Source of the DNA: Raja brachyura
Taxonomy: Eukaryota
Direction of reading: 5' to 3'
NCBI GenBank assembly: GCA_963514005.1
Contig: CAUPSL010000915.1
Span: 1 to 64,000 of the forward strand
Length of the DNA stretch: 64,000 bases
Below the pieces are notes generated by a model. That model was not told the origin of the DNA and did not search any database. It was given only the letters and a program-made list of their open reading frames with translations. Both the position numbers and the translations under genes were made by a program. This document shows, in pieces, positions 11,586 to 25,094 of the stretch (within the stretch, counting starts at the first letter, position 1; each line of letters begins with the position of its first letter).

Positions 11586-11894
11586 GTTCATACCGGGCGG
11601 ATGTGATCGAACAGTCACCCAACTCCCTCAGCGTTTGGGAGGGGGAACCCGGGGCGATGAGTTGTCTACAGACGGGAACGGTCCGTGATTACATGCTGTG
11701 GTACCGTCAGACTGAGGGAGCAGGATTGACGCTGATCGGGACCGTCTATAGCAACCAGGAACCTCAGTACGAAAAGGGATTTCAGAGCGGGTTCATTATC
11801 AGCGCAGAAGCGGGAAACAAGAAGTCCAATCTCCGGATCAGCAGCGTGAGAGACGCAGATGAAGCGCAATATTTTTGCGCTGCTAAAGAAGCTA
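11586..11894 (+). CDS. TRBV: TCR V-beta exon, apparently functional
   Basis: Pyrimidine tract + ctag| acceptor. Ig V-domain hallmarks: EQSP, MSC (Cys23), WYRQ (Trp41), LRISSV..DEAQYFCAA (Cys104). No stops. Followed directly by a 23-RSS. Beta assignment from linkage to D-beta. Confidence 0.92.
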
Positions 11895-11933
11895 CACAGT
11901 GACTCAGACAGGAATAGAGTATGAGCAAAAACC
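11895..11933 (+). other. 23-bp-spacer RSS of V-beta
   Basis: CACAGTG + actcagacaggaatagagtatga (23) + GCAAAAACC. Confidence 0.95.
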
Positions 11934-12699
11934 CAGCACAGAACATCAGAAGAGTAAAGCAAAGGGAAAGTGCCGCCGGGCCACAATGTCCCTTCCTGAC
12001 AAGACGCCGAGTGAAACTGGTCTCTCCATCCAGTTCATGGATCATATCCCTCCATTCCCTGCATATCAAAACGCCTACCCAAAAGCCGCTAAACGCTACT
12101 ATCGTATCTGACGCGTTCCGCGCTCACACCACCCTCTGTGTAAAAAGAGAGACTTGACCCGAACCTGTCCTAAGAACGATGACCCTCTCACCTTCAAGGT
12201 ATGCCTTCCATTCTCTGATATTTCCACTATTGGGGAACAATGTTCTGGCTGTCTACCATATCTGCACCTCTCATAATTTTACATACTTCCATCAGGGCTA
12301 TCCTCAACTTCAGCGCGCCAGAAAAAAAAAACAACTCAAGTCCATCCAGTCCCACGCCCACATGGAGCTGAATCTCTCCAATTCAGGCAGTATTGACTCC
12401 AATGTACCCACTCCAACATCTCATAGTAACTAACGCGCTCAAATATAGACAGCATTCTGGTAATCCTCCTCTGCACTCTCCGTAACCTGCCCCTATAGTT
12501 AACATCGTTTAATTCAGACATGATTATGGTGATCCTCCTCTGCGCCCTCTCCAATCACTCCCTCCCCTGCACCGTATCCAACCTCTTCCTATTGTTAACG
12601 TCCTCTAATGCGGGCAATATTCTAGGTGAACTTGCTCTGCACCCCCTCGAGAGCCTCCACATTGTCCAACAATGGGGGAGACCAGGATTGCAAGCAATA

Positions 12700-13335
12700 A
12701 ACTAGCCAATGCACAAGAGGTGCAGGAGTAGGCCATTCGGCCCTTCGAGCCAGCACCGCCATTCAATGCGATGATGGCTTATCATCCACAATAAATACCC
12801 CGTTCCTTGCTTTTCCCAATGTCGCTTGACTCTGCTATCGTTAAGAGCTCTCTCTAGCTCTCTCTTGAAAACATCTAGAGAACCAGGCTCCACCGCCCTC
12901 TGACGCAGAGAATTCCACACGTACAACTCTCTGTGTGAAATGTATTTCCTGATCTCCGTTCTAAATGGCTTGCACCTTATTCATAAACTGTGACCTCTGG
13001 TTGTGGACTCCCCCAACATCTGGAACATGTTTTCCGCCTCTAGCGTGTCCAAGCCCTTAATAATCATATGTATTTCAATAAGACCCCCCCCCCATCCATC
13101 GAAATTCCAGAGTATACAAGCCCATCCGCTGCATTCTATCAACAGTCCCAAAATCCCTGGAATTAACCTGATGAATCTACGTTGCACTCCCTCATTTTCA
13201 GGAATGCGCTTCCTCAAACTCAATACTTAAACTGCACACAATACTCCAGGTGTGGTCTCGCTAGGGCCCCTGCAGAAGGGCCTCTTTTCTCCTATACTCA
13301 ACTTCTCTTGTTATGAAGGCCAACATGCCAATTGC
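12700..13335 (-). mobile_element. CR1 3' fragment
   Basis: EGVQRRFIRLIPG, STTRGHSL, same 3' end as the other copies. Confidence 0.85.
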
Positions 13336-14699
13336 TTCATAGACAATAGGTGCAGGAGTAGGTCATATGGCCCTTCATTCCAGCACAGCCATTCAATGTG
13401 ATGAGATCTGATCATCCACAATCAGTACCCGTTTCCTGCTTTCTCTCCATATCCCCTGCATCAGCTATCTTCAAAATCCCAATCTAGCTCTCTCTTGAAA
13501 GTTTCGAGAGACCCAGCCTTCACCGTCTCTGACGCAGAGAATTCCACACTCACAACTCTGTTTGAAAAAGTGTTTCGTCATCTAAGTTCGAAATGGCTTA
13601 CTACTTATTCTTAAACTCCGGATCCTGGTCCAGGACCCCCTACAATCGGGAACATGTTTCCTGCACCTTGCGTGTCCAAACCCATAATAATCGTATATGT
13701 CTCCGTAAAATCGTCTCACATCCTTCATAGATGCCCTGCCGCACAATTCTCTCAGAATTCTCTCAGAATATTACAGTCCCGCCATTCCGGGAATTAACCT
13801 TGTGAACCTACGCTGCACTCCCTCAATAGCAGGAATGTCCTTCCTCAAATTAGGGGACCAAAACTGCACACAATACTCCAGGTGTGGTCTCACTAGGGCC
13901 CTATAGAAATGCAGCAGGGCCTCTTTGCTCCTATACTCCACCCACTATTGTTATGAAGGCTAACATGCCATTCGCTTTCTTCACTGTCTGCTGTACCTGC
14001 ATGCCTTACCTTCATTGATTGATGAACAAGGACACCCCAGACCCCGTTGTACTTCCCATTTTCCCAACTTGCCACCATTTAGGTAATAATCCGCCTCCCT
14101 GTTTTTGCTGCCAAAGTGCATAACCTCACATTTATCCACATTAAACTGCATCTGCCGTGCATCTGCCCACTCACGCAACCTGTCCAAGTCACCCTGTATA
14201 CTCATAGCATCCTCCTCACAGTTCACACTGCCACCCAGCTTTGCGTCATCTGCATATTTGCTAATGTTACTTGTAATCTCTTCATCTACATCATCAATCT
14301 ATATTACTAAAAGTCTGAACTTGACCACTTCCTGTTGTTCTGTATATCGATTTTAGAAAAATAAACGCTGCGATGTACGGCTGTGATTTTTGGCCATCTT
14401 ACTCAGAGTCTCCGTCTACTGCGCAGGACAAGAGGATTTTTCCCATCGGTGAAAAATAAAAGAGTTATTAGTGTTTAAAAAATGTTGAGATTCTCACTTC
14501 TGAAGGCCACGCCCCTTTCGGAGGACCTATAAAACCAGGAAGCGTTGAGTGCTTCAGCCAGTCTCTGCAAGATGGGGGAAGTGAGAAGGTCACGTCTCTC
14601 AGTCTGAGCTGTGAGTAACACTGAACACATGTCTACTAAACTGTGAGTGTGATTTAACTGACGTTGAGTGCCCTTAATGCGGTTCGAAAATAAAAATCT

Positions 14700-15330
14700 G
14701 GTCGGTTTGAAATAAAAGCACTGTAAATTGTTGATGATGGCGGGTTTGAAGTAAAGGCACTGCAAATGGTTGGTGGTGGAGGGTTTGAAGTAAAAACACT
14801 GAAAATGTTTGGTTGTGGTGGGTTTGAGGTAAAGGCACTGCAAATGTTTAGTGGTGGAGGGTTTGAAGTCAAAGCACTGCAAATGGTTGGTGGGGGTTGG
14901 TTTGAAGTAAAGGCATTGCAAATGGTTGGTGAGGTTGGTTTGAAGTAAAAGCACGGGAAATGGTTGGTGGGGGTTGGTTTGAAGTAAAAGCACTGCAAAC
15001 GGTCGGTGGGGGTTGGTTTGAAGTAAAAGCACTGCGAATGGTTGGTGGGGGTTGGTTTGAAGTAAAAGCACTGCAAATGGTTGGTGGTGGTTGGTTTGAA
15101 TTAAAAGCACTGCAAATGGTTGGTGGGGTTGGTTTGAATAAAAGCACTGCACATTGTCAGTGGGGGTTGCTTTGAAGTAAACGCACAGCAAAATGTTGGC
15201 GGGGGTTCGTTTCAAGTAAAAGCACTGCAAATGGTTGTTGGGGAGTGGTTTGAAGTAAAAACACTGCAAATGTTTGGTCGGGGTTGGTTTGAAGTAAAAG
15301 CACTGCAAATGGTTGGTGGGGGGTGGTTTG
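14700..15330 (+). repeat. 39-bp tandem repeat inside the Helitron
   Basis: ggttggtttgaagtaaaagcactgcaaatggttggtggg, about 16 copies. Confidence 0.92.
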
Positions 15331-15719
15331 ATATGGCAAATGATTAAAAGTCTAAACTTGCCAACTTCCTGTTTGCACTGTATTTCTATTTTAGATATAA
15401 GGCTACCAATCAATGCTGTGATTTTGGCATCTTACTCAGCCCCCCTCCACTCATCAGGTGCAGAGGTTTCTTCCCATCAATGAAAATTAAAAGTGTGATT
15501 AGTGTTTAAATTTTTTTGAGAATCTCTCTCCTGTCAACCAAGCCATGAAGGCCACACATTTTCCGGTGGCAGGTGGCAGGCATTATTAAACCCGGAAGTG
15601 TGGGTGTGGCTCAATCTCTGCGTGGTGGGGGAGGGAGAGGTCTGGGCTGTGAATCAACTAAACACACTGAATGACTACTGAAGCGCGGTTTTATGGTGGT
15701 TCTATGGTGGTTTCATTCT

Positions 15720-15967
15720 GCTTGAAACGGTATGAAACTGCATTTGCCTGTGGTGGCCTTACACCCTGCATGAAATGGTATGAAACTGCATTTGAATTTG
15801 GTGGCCTTGCACCCTGCTTGAAATGGTATGAAACTGCACTTGAATTTTGTGGCCTTGCACGCTGCTTGTACGGGTATGACACTCTACTTGAATTTGGTGG
15901 CCTTGCACCCTGCATGAAGTGGTATGAAACTGCACTTGAATGTGGTGGCCTTGCACCCTGCTTGAAA
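15720..15967 (+). repeat. 48-bp tandem repeat inside the Helitron
   Basis: ttgaaatggtatgaaactgcacttgaatttggtggccttgcaccctgc, about 5 copies. Confidence 0.9.
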
Positions 15968-17477
15968 TTCAAATTCAAGGAATAGCCGTGAGTCAACTTT
16001 CAGCCCACCAGCCGTCACTTCAGGCTTGAGTGACTGAGTTAACACCCCAAAAATCCATTGGGCGCACAATGTCCATACTAGCCCTCTGGAGACCAGTCCC
16101 TCAGCCCACAGCACCCATACCAGCGCTCCAGTAAGCCCCCCCCCCCACCGGGCACGAATTTTAGAATTGGTGGAGAGGTTAATATTGCGCTGGGGGACCA
16201 GCCCTCCCGTGTGAACATGGGACCCAACGGTTCCCGCGTAGTCTAGCATATATTTTAAATAGCTGCGGTCCCAGCACCGAGTCTTGCGGTACTTCATCAG
16301 TCACTGCTTAACATTCTGAAAGTGACCAGTTGTTGCCTACTCTTTGTTTTATGTCTGCCAATAAATGTTCTATCCATGTCAACACTCTACCCCAGATACC
16401 ATGTGCCCTATTTTTTCCCACTAATCTTCTATTTCGGACCTTTACAAATGTTTTCTGAAAGTCCAGGTACACTACATCCATTGGATCTCCTTAGTCTATT
16501 TTCCTAGTTAAATCCCCAGGAAGTTCCAGGAAATTAGCTAACCATGATTTCCCCTTGGGTTACACAAAAAGCTGGAGAAACTCAGCGGGTGCAGCAGCAT
16601 CTAAGGAGCGAAGGAAATAGGCGACGTTTCGGGTCGAGACCCTTCTTCAGATATGATTTCCCATTCGTAACTCCATGCTGACTCGGACCGATCATGTTAC
16701 TGCTATCCAAATGTGCCGCTATTTCATCTTTTATGATTGACCAGTATCTTTCCCTACCATCTTTCCCTACTATTCAAGCTAACTGATCGACAATTCCCTG
16801 TTTTCTCTCCCCCGCCTTTCTAAAAAAGTGGTATAAGATTACCTACCCTCCAATCCACAGGAACTGATCCAGAATCCATAAAACATTTGAACATGATCAC
16901 CAATGCGTCCACGATTTCTAGTGCCACCTCATTAAGTACCCTGGAATGCAGACCACAAGGCTCTGGTGATTTAGTCCCATCAGTCCACCCAGCACCATTT
17001 ATTGCTTAATGTGGATTTCCTTCAGTTACTACAGGACCCCAGCTACTCTCGCTAGTACATCAGGAAGATAATTTGTGTCCTTTTCAGTGAAGACGGATCC
17101 AAAGTTCCTGTTCAACACATCTGCTATTTCCTTGTTCCCCATAATAAATTCACTATTTTCAGTCTTCAAGTGTCCAACTTTGGTCAGAACTATTCAACTT
17201 GCACCCTATATCCAGGCTAATGTTTGGGGGCCTGTAGCTGTGCCATTAGGGTATTTTTAACCTTACCATTCCTTAGTTCTATCCATACGGACTCCACATC
17301 TCCTGTTTCAATGTCATCTCTTGCATGGGGATGAATTTCATTCCTCACCTACAGAGCAACCCTACCGCCTCTGCCCAACTGTCTGTCTTTTTGATATGAT
17401 GTAAACCTTTGAATATTCAGTTCCTAGCCCTGGCACTCTTGCAGCCATGTATCTGTAATTACCATACCATAATGAAA

Positions 17478-18680
17478 TCTTTTTCTTCGAGTCCGTTGCA
17501 ATCTCAGATGTCGCTCTGCCAGTATCTGGCGCAGGTCACAGCTGGTCGGGTCGGTTCAGCCAGGTCCCGGGGGTTGCACTGGGGGGCGTCGTCCCACTCC
17601 AGTAGGTGGGACATTGTCTGTACTGCTCCACAGCTGCATGTGTCTTCTGCCTGCTCCACTCGTAATCTGTTGAGGGTCTTCCAGGTTGGCCATGGGAGGT
17701 GGTGCCCGCTGGCGAGGCATTCAGTCGGAGTGATTCCTCTCTCCATCCAGTCGTGGGCTCGTGTGTTGAGCTGGTTCTATTCATCTTTCCAGATGTTGGT
17801 CCTTGCTGTTTCTTTGGTTGTCTGGAGAGGTGGGACTGTCTGCAAGAAACTGGCTCTGAATTTCAGTCGGGGTGGAGGTGCTGTGTGTCCGTGCAGTGGG
17901 TGCCTGGTATCGATCACATGTGCTCTCTGCTCGTCTTGGGCGACGATGGATCGTCTGATATGGGGGGGGGGGGGGGGGGGAGGATAACAGCTAGGGCATA
18001 GAGGCACGCGACTGGCGTTGTCTTTATGCATCCCGTGATAATGCGGCAGGTGTCGTTGAGGGCTCCAGCTTGAGCACGCGTATTCAGCTGTGCTTGCACG
18101 GATGGTTGGTGGATCAGCGCCCCACTTTGAGTTTACCAGTTTGCGCAGGATGTTGTTGCGAGTGTTGACTTTGTCTTTGGTGTTCTGAAGATGGGTTTTG
18201 AAAGAGAGTGTCCTGTTGAGTGTGACTCCGAGATACACTGGGTGGAAGTGGTTGGAGAGCTTGTGGCCATCCCATGAGACGCTCCGTTGTTTTCCTGCAT
18301 CTCGATTTTTAAGGTGGAAGCTGCATAGTTGGGCTTTTGATGGGTTGGGTTTAAGGTGGTTGTTATTGTAGTAGGTTGTCATCTCTTGGAGGGCGCTTTC
18401 CAGGACAGACTCGATCTTCTGGAAGTTCTCCTGTTGGGTGGTGATGCAGAGGTCATCAGCATAGATTAAGCGGCGGCATTGTGGGGGAAGTGGTTCGTCG
18501 TTGGTGTAGATGTTGAAGAGGAGCGGGGGGGGGGGGGGCAGTACGCTACCTTGTGGTAGGCCATTCTTTTGGGCTTTCCATTTGCTCTTCTTGTCGTTTA
18601 GTTGAACGAAGAAGCGCCTGTTGTTGAGAAGGCTTTTGATGACTTGCCACAGGTCGAGGTCATCAGTCATGTCAAGAGAA
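17478..18680 (-). mobile_element. 5'-truncated Vingi/Ingi-like LINE
   Basis: NGLPQGSVL, LFNIYTND, YADDL, YLGVTL, KWGA, AEYAC, C-terminal WKTLNRLR..CSCG..QTM.H; gaagaaaaaga tail. Confidence 0.75.
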
Positions 18681-18689
18681 TAGAATAAG

Positions 18690-19040
18690 AAGCAGTACCC
18701 TTCCAGTATGTAAGTTGGGTGGAGTACTCAAAGTAACTGCAGGAATCAATGAGTTTACCGCATACATCAGATCACAGTCTCTGCTGTGATGGAAACAGAA
18801 AGGTGTAGAAAGGGGGGAGATGTGTCAGAGATAGTCCAAGTTAGTTTGAGGATCGTGCAGATACAATCAACCAGTTCTGCACAGTTTCAGGATGCCGTTG
18901 TCAATATAGCAGTGGAAGAGTTCGGGATGGTGTCGTGGTACGGCTGGGAAACGGACTATTCAATGTAGCCAACAAAAAGACAGGTATAGCTGGGACTCGT
19001 GCCCATGGCTACATCTTTGACTTGAAAAGAGTGAGAAATG
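18690..19040 (-). mobile_element. Penelope-like RT fragment
   Basis: Reverse translation QVKDVAMGT..PSYTCLFVGYIE matches the PLE RT motif GVAMG..(G)PSYA.LF. Confidence 0.65.
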
Positions 19041-19096
19041 TCAAAAACATTAGAGGGCATAGGTTTGTGGTGAGAGCCGAGATTTAATAGGAAACT

Positions 19097-20015
19097 GGCG
19101 GCACAGTGGCGAAGCAGTTGAGTTGTTGCGTCACACCACCAGAGACCCCCGTTCGGCGCTGCATGTCTGGAGTGTTTACGTTCTCCCTGTGTATGATTTG
19201 CAATAGACTAAATAAATAATCGGGTTTCTCCGCCGACGAAGATCATTCGGTGCAAGTTAACAAATCCTTTTATTAATTTATAATGCCACGATAATGAGTG
19301 TTTTGCAGTATTGCAACACTACATAGTACAAGAGTCTGTCTGCTACTTCTCATTCAAAACCGCTCCAACAAATAAACATTTGCTCACAGATTGTAGGTCA
19401 ACCACTCCAAAAATGATATCTATCATCCTACCTTAACACATACTAAGGATGGCCATTAACATTTCCTCTGACACCAACCGCGTTCTGAATAGTGATTACA
19501 ATTTATTTCCAAAAAAACGGAGATGTAGGGTTCCAAAATGTAATAAGGTTAGAATGAGGGGCTGTTTTATGCACCAGTCAATCCTTGAACTAAACACGGC
19601 GCTTAATCCCAGATCAAACGCACGCTGACGGGCCATAAATGTGGTCCTCTGGTATTGTAATGTCTTGTCGAATGTCGGTATTTTAGGATCCTGGCTTGAT
19701 ATCTTGATGCGTGTCTTATTTCGCCCCTCTTTCCTATTTTTGTGATAGTGTAAATGGAGCTTCTGTGATGCAAAACAAATTTCAGACCTGCTCTGGCAAT
19801 AAAGTATTATCGTATTGTATCGTATCGTATGTGGGTTGTCCCTGGGTGTTCCGGTATCCGCCTACATCCCAAAGACGTGCAGGTTTCCAGGTTAATTGGC
19901 TTCTACCAATTGTCTCTTGAGAGAAGGATATAATTCGTGTGTGGGTGATAATTGGTAGGCATGGACTCGGTGGACCGGAAGACCTGTTCCCATCCTGTAT
20001 ATCTAAACTGAACTA
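19097..20015 (+). mobile_element. V-SINE (HE1-like) split by a ~640-bp insert with a (TATCG)n tail
   Basis: ggcggcacagtggcg... head, ggagt.t..acgttctccc core; resumes at ~19830 with acatcccaaagacgtgc. Confidence 0.6.
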
Positions 20016-20179
20016 AAATAAAGCACAACTTTTTTCCATATAGAGGATGGTAAGTATATAGAACAAATTGCCAGATTAAGTTATTGAGGCAGGTACAAGC
20101 TATACTATCATCTCTCATCTTGACCACTTCAGGTCGGCGTTGTTTTTAAATTTGCCCAAAACTGGTACCATATATCGCC

Positions 20180-23000
20180 ACAAACTCCTTCCCCACAATC
20201 CCCCAATCCCCGTACCACCCACACCAATCTATCTCCCACATACAACCCCTCCCCTACTCCCCAACCCCGCTACCCATACAACCCCACAAACCTCCTCTCC
20301 CACGCACACACCCTTCCCCACACCCCACCCACACACACCATCCCCCACACTTCCCCTTCCCCACACAACCCCCTGCACCACACACCCATCTCCCCCACCC
20401 CCCTCCAACGCACCCCCTCCCCCACATGCCCTCCCCCACACACCGTCCCCCACACCCCTGCCCTACACCCACACCGCCCGTCCTCCACACCCACACCACC
20501 TCCGTCACACCCTCTCCCCCACAACCCCCACCACCACACGCCGCCCCTACACCCACACACCCCACACCCACACTCCCTCCACCACACCCCCTGTCCCCCA
20601 CACGCCATCCGCTACACCCACACCCCCATCCCCAACACCCACTCTCTCTATCCCCCACACCCACACCCCCGGCCCCCAAAATCACCCACACTCACCCCTA
20701 CCACCTACACCCCTCCCCCTCCCACATACACCCTCCCCTATCCCCACATCCCCCTACACCCACAACCCCACAAACACCGTTCTCACACACCACCTCCCCC
20801 ACACACACACCCTCCCCACACACACACCCCCTCCCCCCACACCACCAAAGAGAGACACAACATGCTGGAGTACTCTCACAACCCCCTACCCCCACAACCT
20901 CACAAACACCCTCCGCACACCCTCCTTACCCCACACAAACCCCTCCCACCCTCCACACCCTTTCGCCCACACACACACCATCCCACACAAAACCCCTCCC
21001 GTAAAGTCCCTTCTCCATACCCCCCACGACTCCCCTTCCGCACACCTCCCTCCCTTACAACCCCCTCCTCCACCACCTCCCCACCTCCTCCCCCACACCC
21101 ACAGACCCACAACCCCTCCGCAACCCTACCCCTGCTACCAACGGCCCCCTCCCACATGCACCCCCTCCCCAAGCCCCCAATCCCCCTACCCCCACAACCT
21201 CACACCCTCCCCCACGCACACACCTCCCCGTACACCCCATTCCCCACACAACCTGCTCCCCCACACACCCTCTACCCCACACACCCCTTCCCCATACCCT
21301 TCCTCGCCGACACCAACCCTCTCCTACCCCATAACCCCTACCCCGCAACCCCGCCTCCCCAGACACCTCTCCCCGACCCACCCCTCCCCCACACCCCTTC
21401 TCTACGCCAATACCCCCATCCTCCACACCCACACCCCCTCCCCTACCCCCCCAACACCCCCCTCCCTCACACCCCTACCCCAAAACCCTCTCTTCCACAG
21501 TCACTCTCCCACCCTCCCTCCCCAATACCCACCCCGCATATTCCACACCCACACCCCTCCCCCGCACCGCCCCTCTCCACATCCCCCTAAATCCACAGCC
21601 CCACACCTACACCCCGTCTCCCACACCCCGCTACCCCACACACCTCGCCCCACACCCTCTCACCCGCACATTCCCTCCCCTAAACCCACACCCCCACTCC
21701 CCGTCCCCGTCCCCACCCCCTCCTCACCCCCACCTCTCCCCCACACCCCCCCAAACCCCCCCACCCCCACTACCATACACCCACATCCTCCAACCTCTAC
21801 ACTCACCTCCCCTCCCCACACGCCTCACCCACCCCTGCCCCAACTCCGTCCCCACAGACCCCCCCCACCACCCTCCCTCAAACCCACATCCCCAAACACC
21901 CCTCCCCCACACATTCCTTACCCCATACAAACCACCTCCCCACACACACCCTCCTCCACACGCCCCCACATCACCTCTCCCACACACACACCTCCCCCAC
22001 ACAAATCCTCCACTACAGCCCCCTATCCCACACCTCCCCTCACCCACAAACCCACTCCCCACAACACCCTCCCACACACCATTCCCTCCCCCACACCCCC
22101 CTCCCCACAAAACCTCCCTCCCCCACACCCCTCCCCGTACACCCCCCTCACCCATACACACCATCCTGCACACCGGCTGCCTTTCCCCCACACCATCGTA
22201 CCCCACACTCAACCATACTCCCCCTACCACCCACAACCCTACCCCTCCCAAATGCACCCCTCCCCTACCCCACAACACCAGAAACACTTTCGCCACACCC
22301 CCTCCCCCCACACACCCTCCACACACGCACCCCCTCCCCCACACACACCCACTCCGCCACACCCCCCACACCCCCTCCCCCACACAATCCCTTCCCCAAA
22401 CAACCCCACACTCTCCCCTACCACCCACAGACCTCCCCCCACATACGCCCCATCGCCTACGCCCACTAACCCCTACCCCTACCGCACACACTCTTCCCAT
22501 ATACACACACGCTCCCCGACACACAACCCCTCCCCTACTGACCCCCCCCCTTCCCCACCAATGTGCTCCCCCACACTCACACCCTCCACACACACAACCC
22601 CTCGCCCACACACACCCACTCCATCACACACACACCCTTCCCACACACACCCTCCCCCACACAACCCCTACCCCATACAGTCCCTTCCCCGCAACACCCT
22701 CCCAGACACCCCCTCCACACACTCTCCTCTCCCCACACACCCCCTCCCCCACACCACATCCCGCAGATCCACAAACCCCTGCCCACCCCACATTCCACCA
22801 CACACTCCCCTACCACCCACAAACATCCCCCCTCCCACATACACCCCCTCTCCTACCCCCACTACCCCCCTACCCACTCAACCCCATAAACCCCTTCCCC
22901 ACACATCCCTCCCACACAAACCCCTCCTCCCCCACACACCCGCCCTCCCCGACACCCATATCACCCCCGACCCCTTCCCTCCACCCACACCCCACACCAA
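20180..23000 (+). repeat. 2.8-kb C/A-rich low-complexity tract (cacacccc/ctcccc)
   Basis: Almost G-free plus strand, irregular short repeats. Confidence 0.9.
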
Positions 23001-23614
23001 TGGGACTAGCTTGGATAGGGCATTATGATCGACATGGATGAGTTGTGCCAAAGGGCCTGCTTTCAATTTGTATGACTGTGATAATGTACCATTTCAAGTT
23101 TGAAATATTTAAAATCTAACCAGAATGAATCCGAACCACTTCTCCTTCATTCTCATTGTCACTCCTCCACCTCTTTGTCTCATTCTTGCCTGGTTTTCAG
23201 CCAATTCTGTGTTAATGCTTTGAAATTCATAATTACGTGTGATACAATTGATTCAAAATTACTCCCGTTTATTTCTCACATTGAGCTCTGCAACGCATTT
23301 GTTTCCCTGCGGTTTCTGTTGAATGTTTGTCCTTTTGCCTCCAGACTTTCTTCAAACCACATCCTTGTTATATTCATTTGGTTTTAACTTTCAGTGAGAG
23401 GATTCCTTCTCTATGCAATGCAATACATCTGGATTTGTTTTGTTTAGTATGTATATTTACCTCATTAATAGCCATTGGGGTGGGAGATCGCAATCTTCAT
23501 GTGGTTCACCCTATTTCGATTGATGAAATCAACCCGCCGTGCACACACAAATAGATCAAATGGAACTAGTTGACCTACAACTTTAGGTTGTGCACACCAT
23601 ACGCAATAATCCAT

Positions 23615-24060
23615 ATGCTGAGAGGATGGAGCTGCTGGGCTTGTATACTCTGGAATTTAGAAGGATGGGAGGGGATCTTAATGACACATATACGATTATT
23701 AAGGGTTTGTACATGCAAGAGGCAGGAAACATGTTCCAGGTGATGGGGGAGTGCAGAACCAAGGGTCACTGTTTAAGAATAAGGGTAAAGCATTTAGAAC
23801 GGAAATGAGGGAACACTTTTTCACACAGAGAATTTTGAGTCTGTAGAATTCTCTGTCTCAGAGGGCGGTGGAGGCCGTTTCTCTGGATACTTTCAAGAGA
23901 AAGCTTGGTAGGGTTAAAGATAGCGGTGTCAGTGTATATGGGGTGCAGGCAGGAACGGGACACTGATTGTGGATGATCAGACATGAACACATTCTATGGT
24001 GGTGCTGACGCTAAAGGGCCAAATGGCCTACAACTGCACCTATTGTCTCTTGTCTATTAT
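23615..24060 (+). mobile_element. CR1 3' fragment
   Basis: LGLYTLEFRRM, RTKGHCL. Confidence 0.85.
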
Positions 24061-24099
24061 CATACTTGCGAAATTCTATCTGACCCTCAAGCTCATCCA

Positions 24100-24810
24100 T
24101 ATTATTACTTATACTTCGCACAATCATATAGAACACTGACTTCGGCATTCACCTTCCCTCTCACGCCGGTCCCTCTTGGCCCTGACCTTACTCTCTTATC
24201 CCTTCTCGAACATTCCTTCCCATTAATTCGGGAGTCTTTTGTAACTTTTCCTCTACTCACTTCCCCTTTAACTCCATCTTTATATTCCGAATTTATCAAA
24301 CTCCCCCCCCAAAAAAACAATTCAGTTTAAACCCACACCTGTAGCCCTAGTAAACCTACCTGCCAGAACGTTGGATCCCCTCCAGTTAAACCGTGCCTTT
24401 TGTACAGGTCACCACTACCCCAGAAGAGATCCCAGTGGTGTATAAACCTAAATACTTGCTCCCTGCACCAGCCCCCCAGCCACATATGCAGGCACCCTAT
24501 CTCCCTGTCCCTGCACCCACTAGCACTAGGTACTGGAAGCAATCAAGAGATAACCGCCCTCGAAGCCCTGCTTTTCTGTCTTCTTCCTCACTCTCTAAAC
24601 TCGCGTTGCAGAACCTCCATCCTCTTCTTCTCGATGTCGTGTATGCACAACTACCGCCGGCTGTTCACCTTCCCTCTCGAGGGTGTTCTGAATTCGGTTC
24701 GTGATATTTTGAACTAGCGAGGCAACAGACCATCCACGAGTCTAGCCTGTCGCCACAGAACCTCCAGTCCGCACCTAGGACAATGGAGTCACCCACCACC
24801 ATGGCTCTGT
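24100..24810 (-). mobile_element. CR1 5' region (ORF1 SGNH-esterase-like remnant)
   Basis: MVVGDSIVLGADWRFCG..DSWMVCCL; WLGGWCREQVFRFIHHWDLFWG. Confidence 0.7.
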
Positions 24811-25094
24811 CGGAGGTCAGTCTCGCCGGTCGAGTCCCATCTCTATGATTGTAGCCACTGACCTGTCGGCCTGCTTTCATTAGGCACAGCGGCCTGGGTC
24901 TCCTGCACTCCACGGTTATTCCCCTTTCTCTCACACACACTTTCGTTCTTATGGTGAGAGAGAGAGATATATGTCTTTAATTTCGCCCAATGCATTTGCT
25001 AAGTCAATATTTAATTATTACAGCGTTACTGTTGGTTTACATATCAATAGAACGAATTTGGATTATAATTTTGTTAAATCAACCGAATGTTTTA

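Larger units (their letters stand above)
14298..16246 (+). mobile_element. non-autonomous Helitron
   Basis: 5' TCTATATTACTAAAAG, 3' hairpin GGGACCC-aac-GGTTCCC (16219-16235) followed by terminal CTAG. Inserted after an A in CR1 with no TSD. Internal 39-bp and 48-bp tandem arrays. Confidence 0.85.
13340..17475 (-). mobile_element. CR1 LINE interrupted by a Helitron (14298-16246) and a Penelope-derived repeat (16557-16651)
   Basis: RT sequence resumes colinearly across both inserts; ~13-bp TSD atgatttccc(c/a)tt around the short repeat. Confidence 0.85.

Noticed and set aside
11586-11933. Alternative assignment as Ig VH/VL or IgNAR V
   Set aside because: No octamer seen in the promoter; linked D is the TCR-beta type; WYRQ/YFCAA and CAWS neighbours fit TRBV
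14475-15413. 312-aa Cys/His-rich repeat ORF (zinc-finger-like)
   Set aside because: Translation of the 39-bp Helitron tandem repeat; no C2H2 spacing
19097-19150. tRNA gene (also ~59880)
   Set aside because: tRNA-derived SINE heads followed by a V-SINE core; no complete cloverleaf
20140-23028. 962-aa Pro/His/Thr-rich ORF (extensin or mucin-like)
   Set aside because: By-product of a C/A-rich low-complexity tract that rarely forms stop codons; non-ATG start, no gene structure
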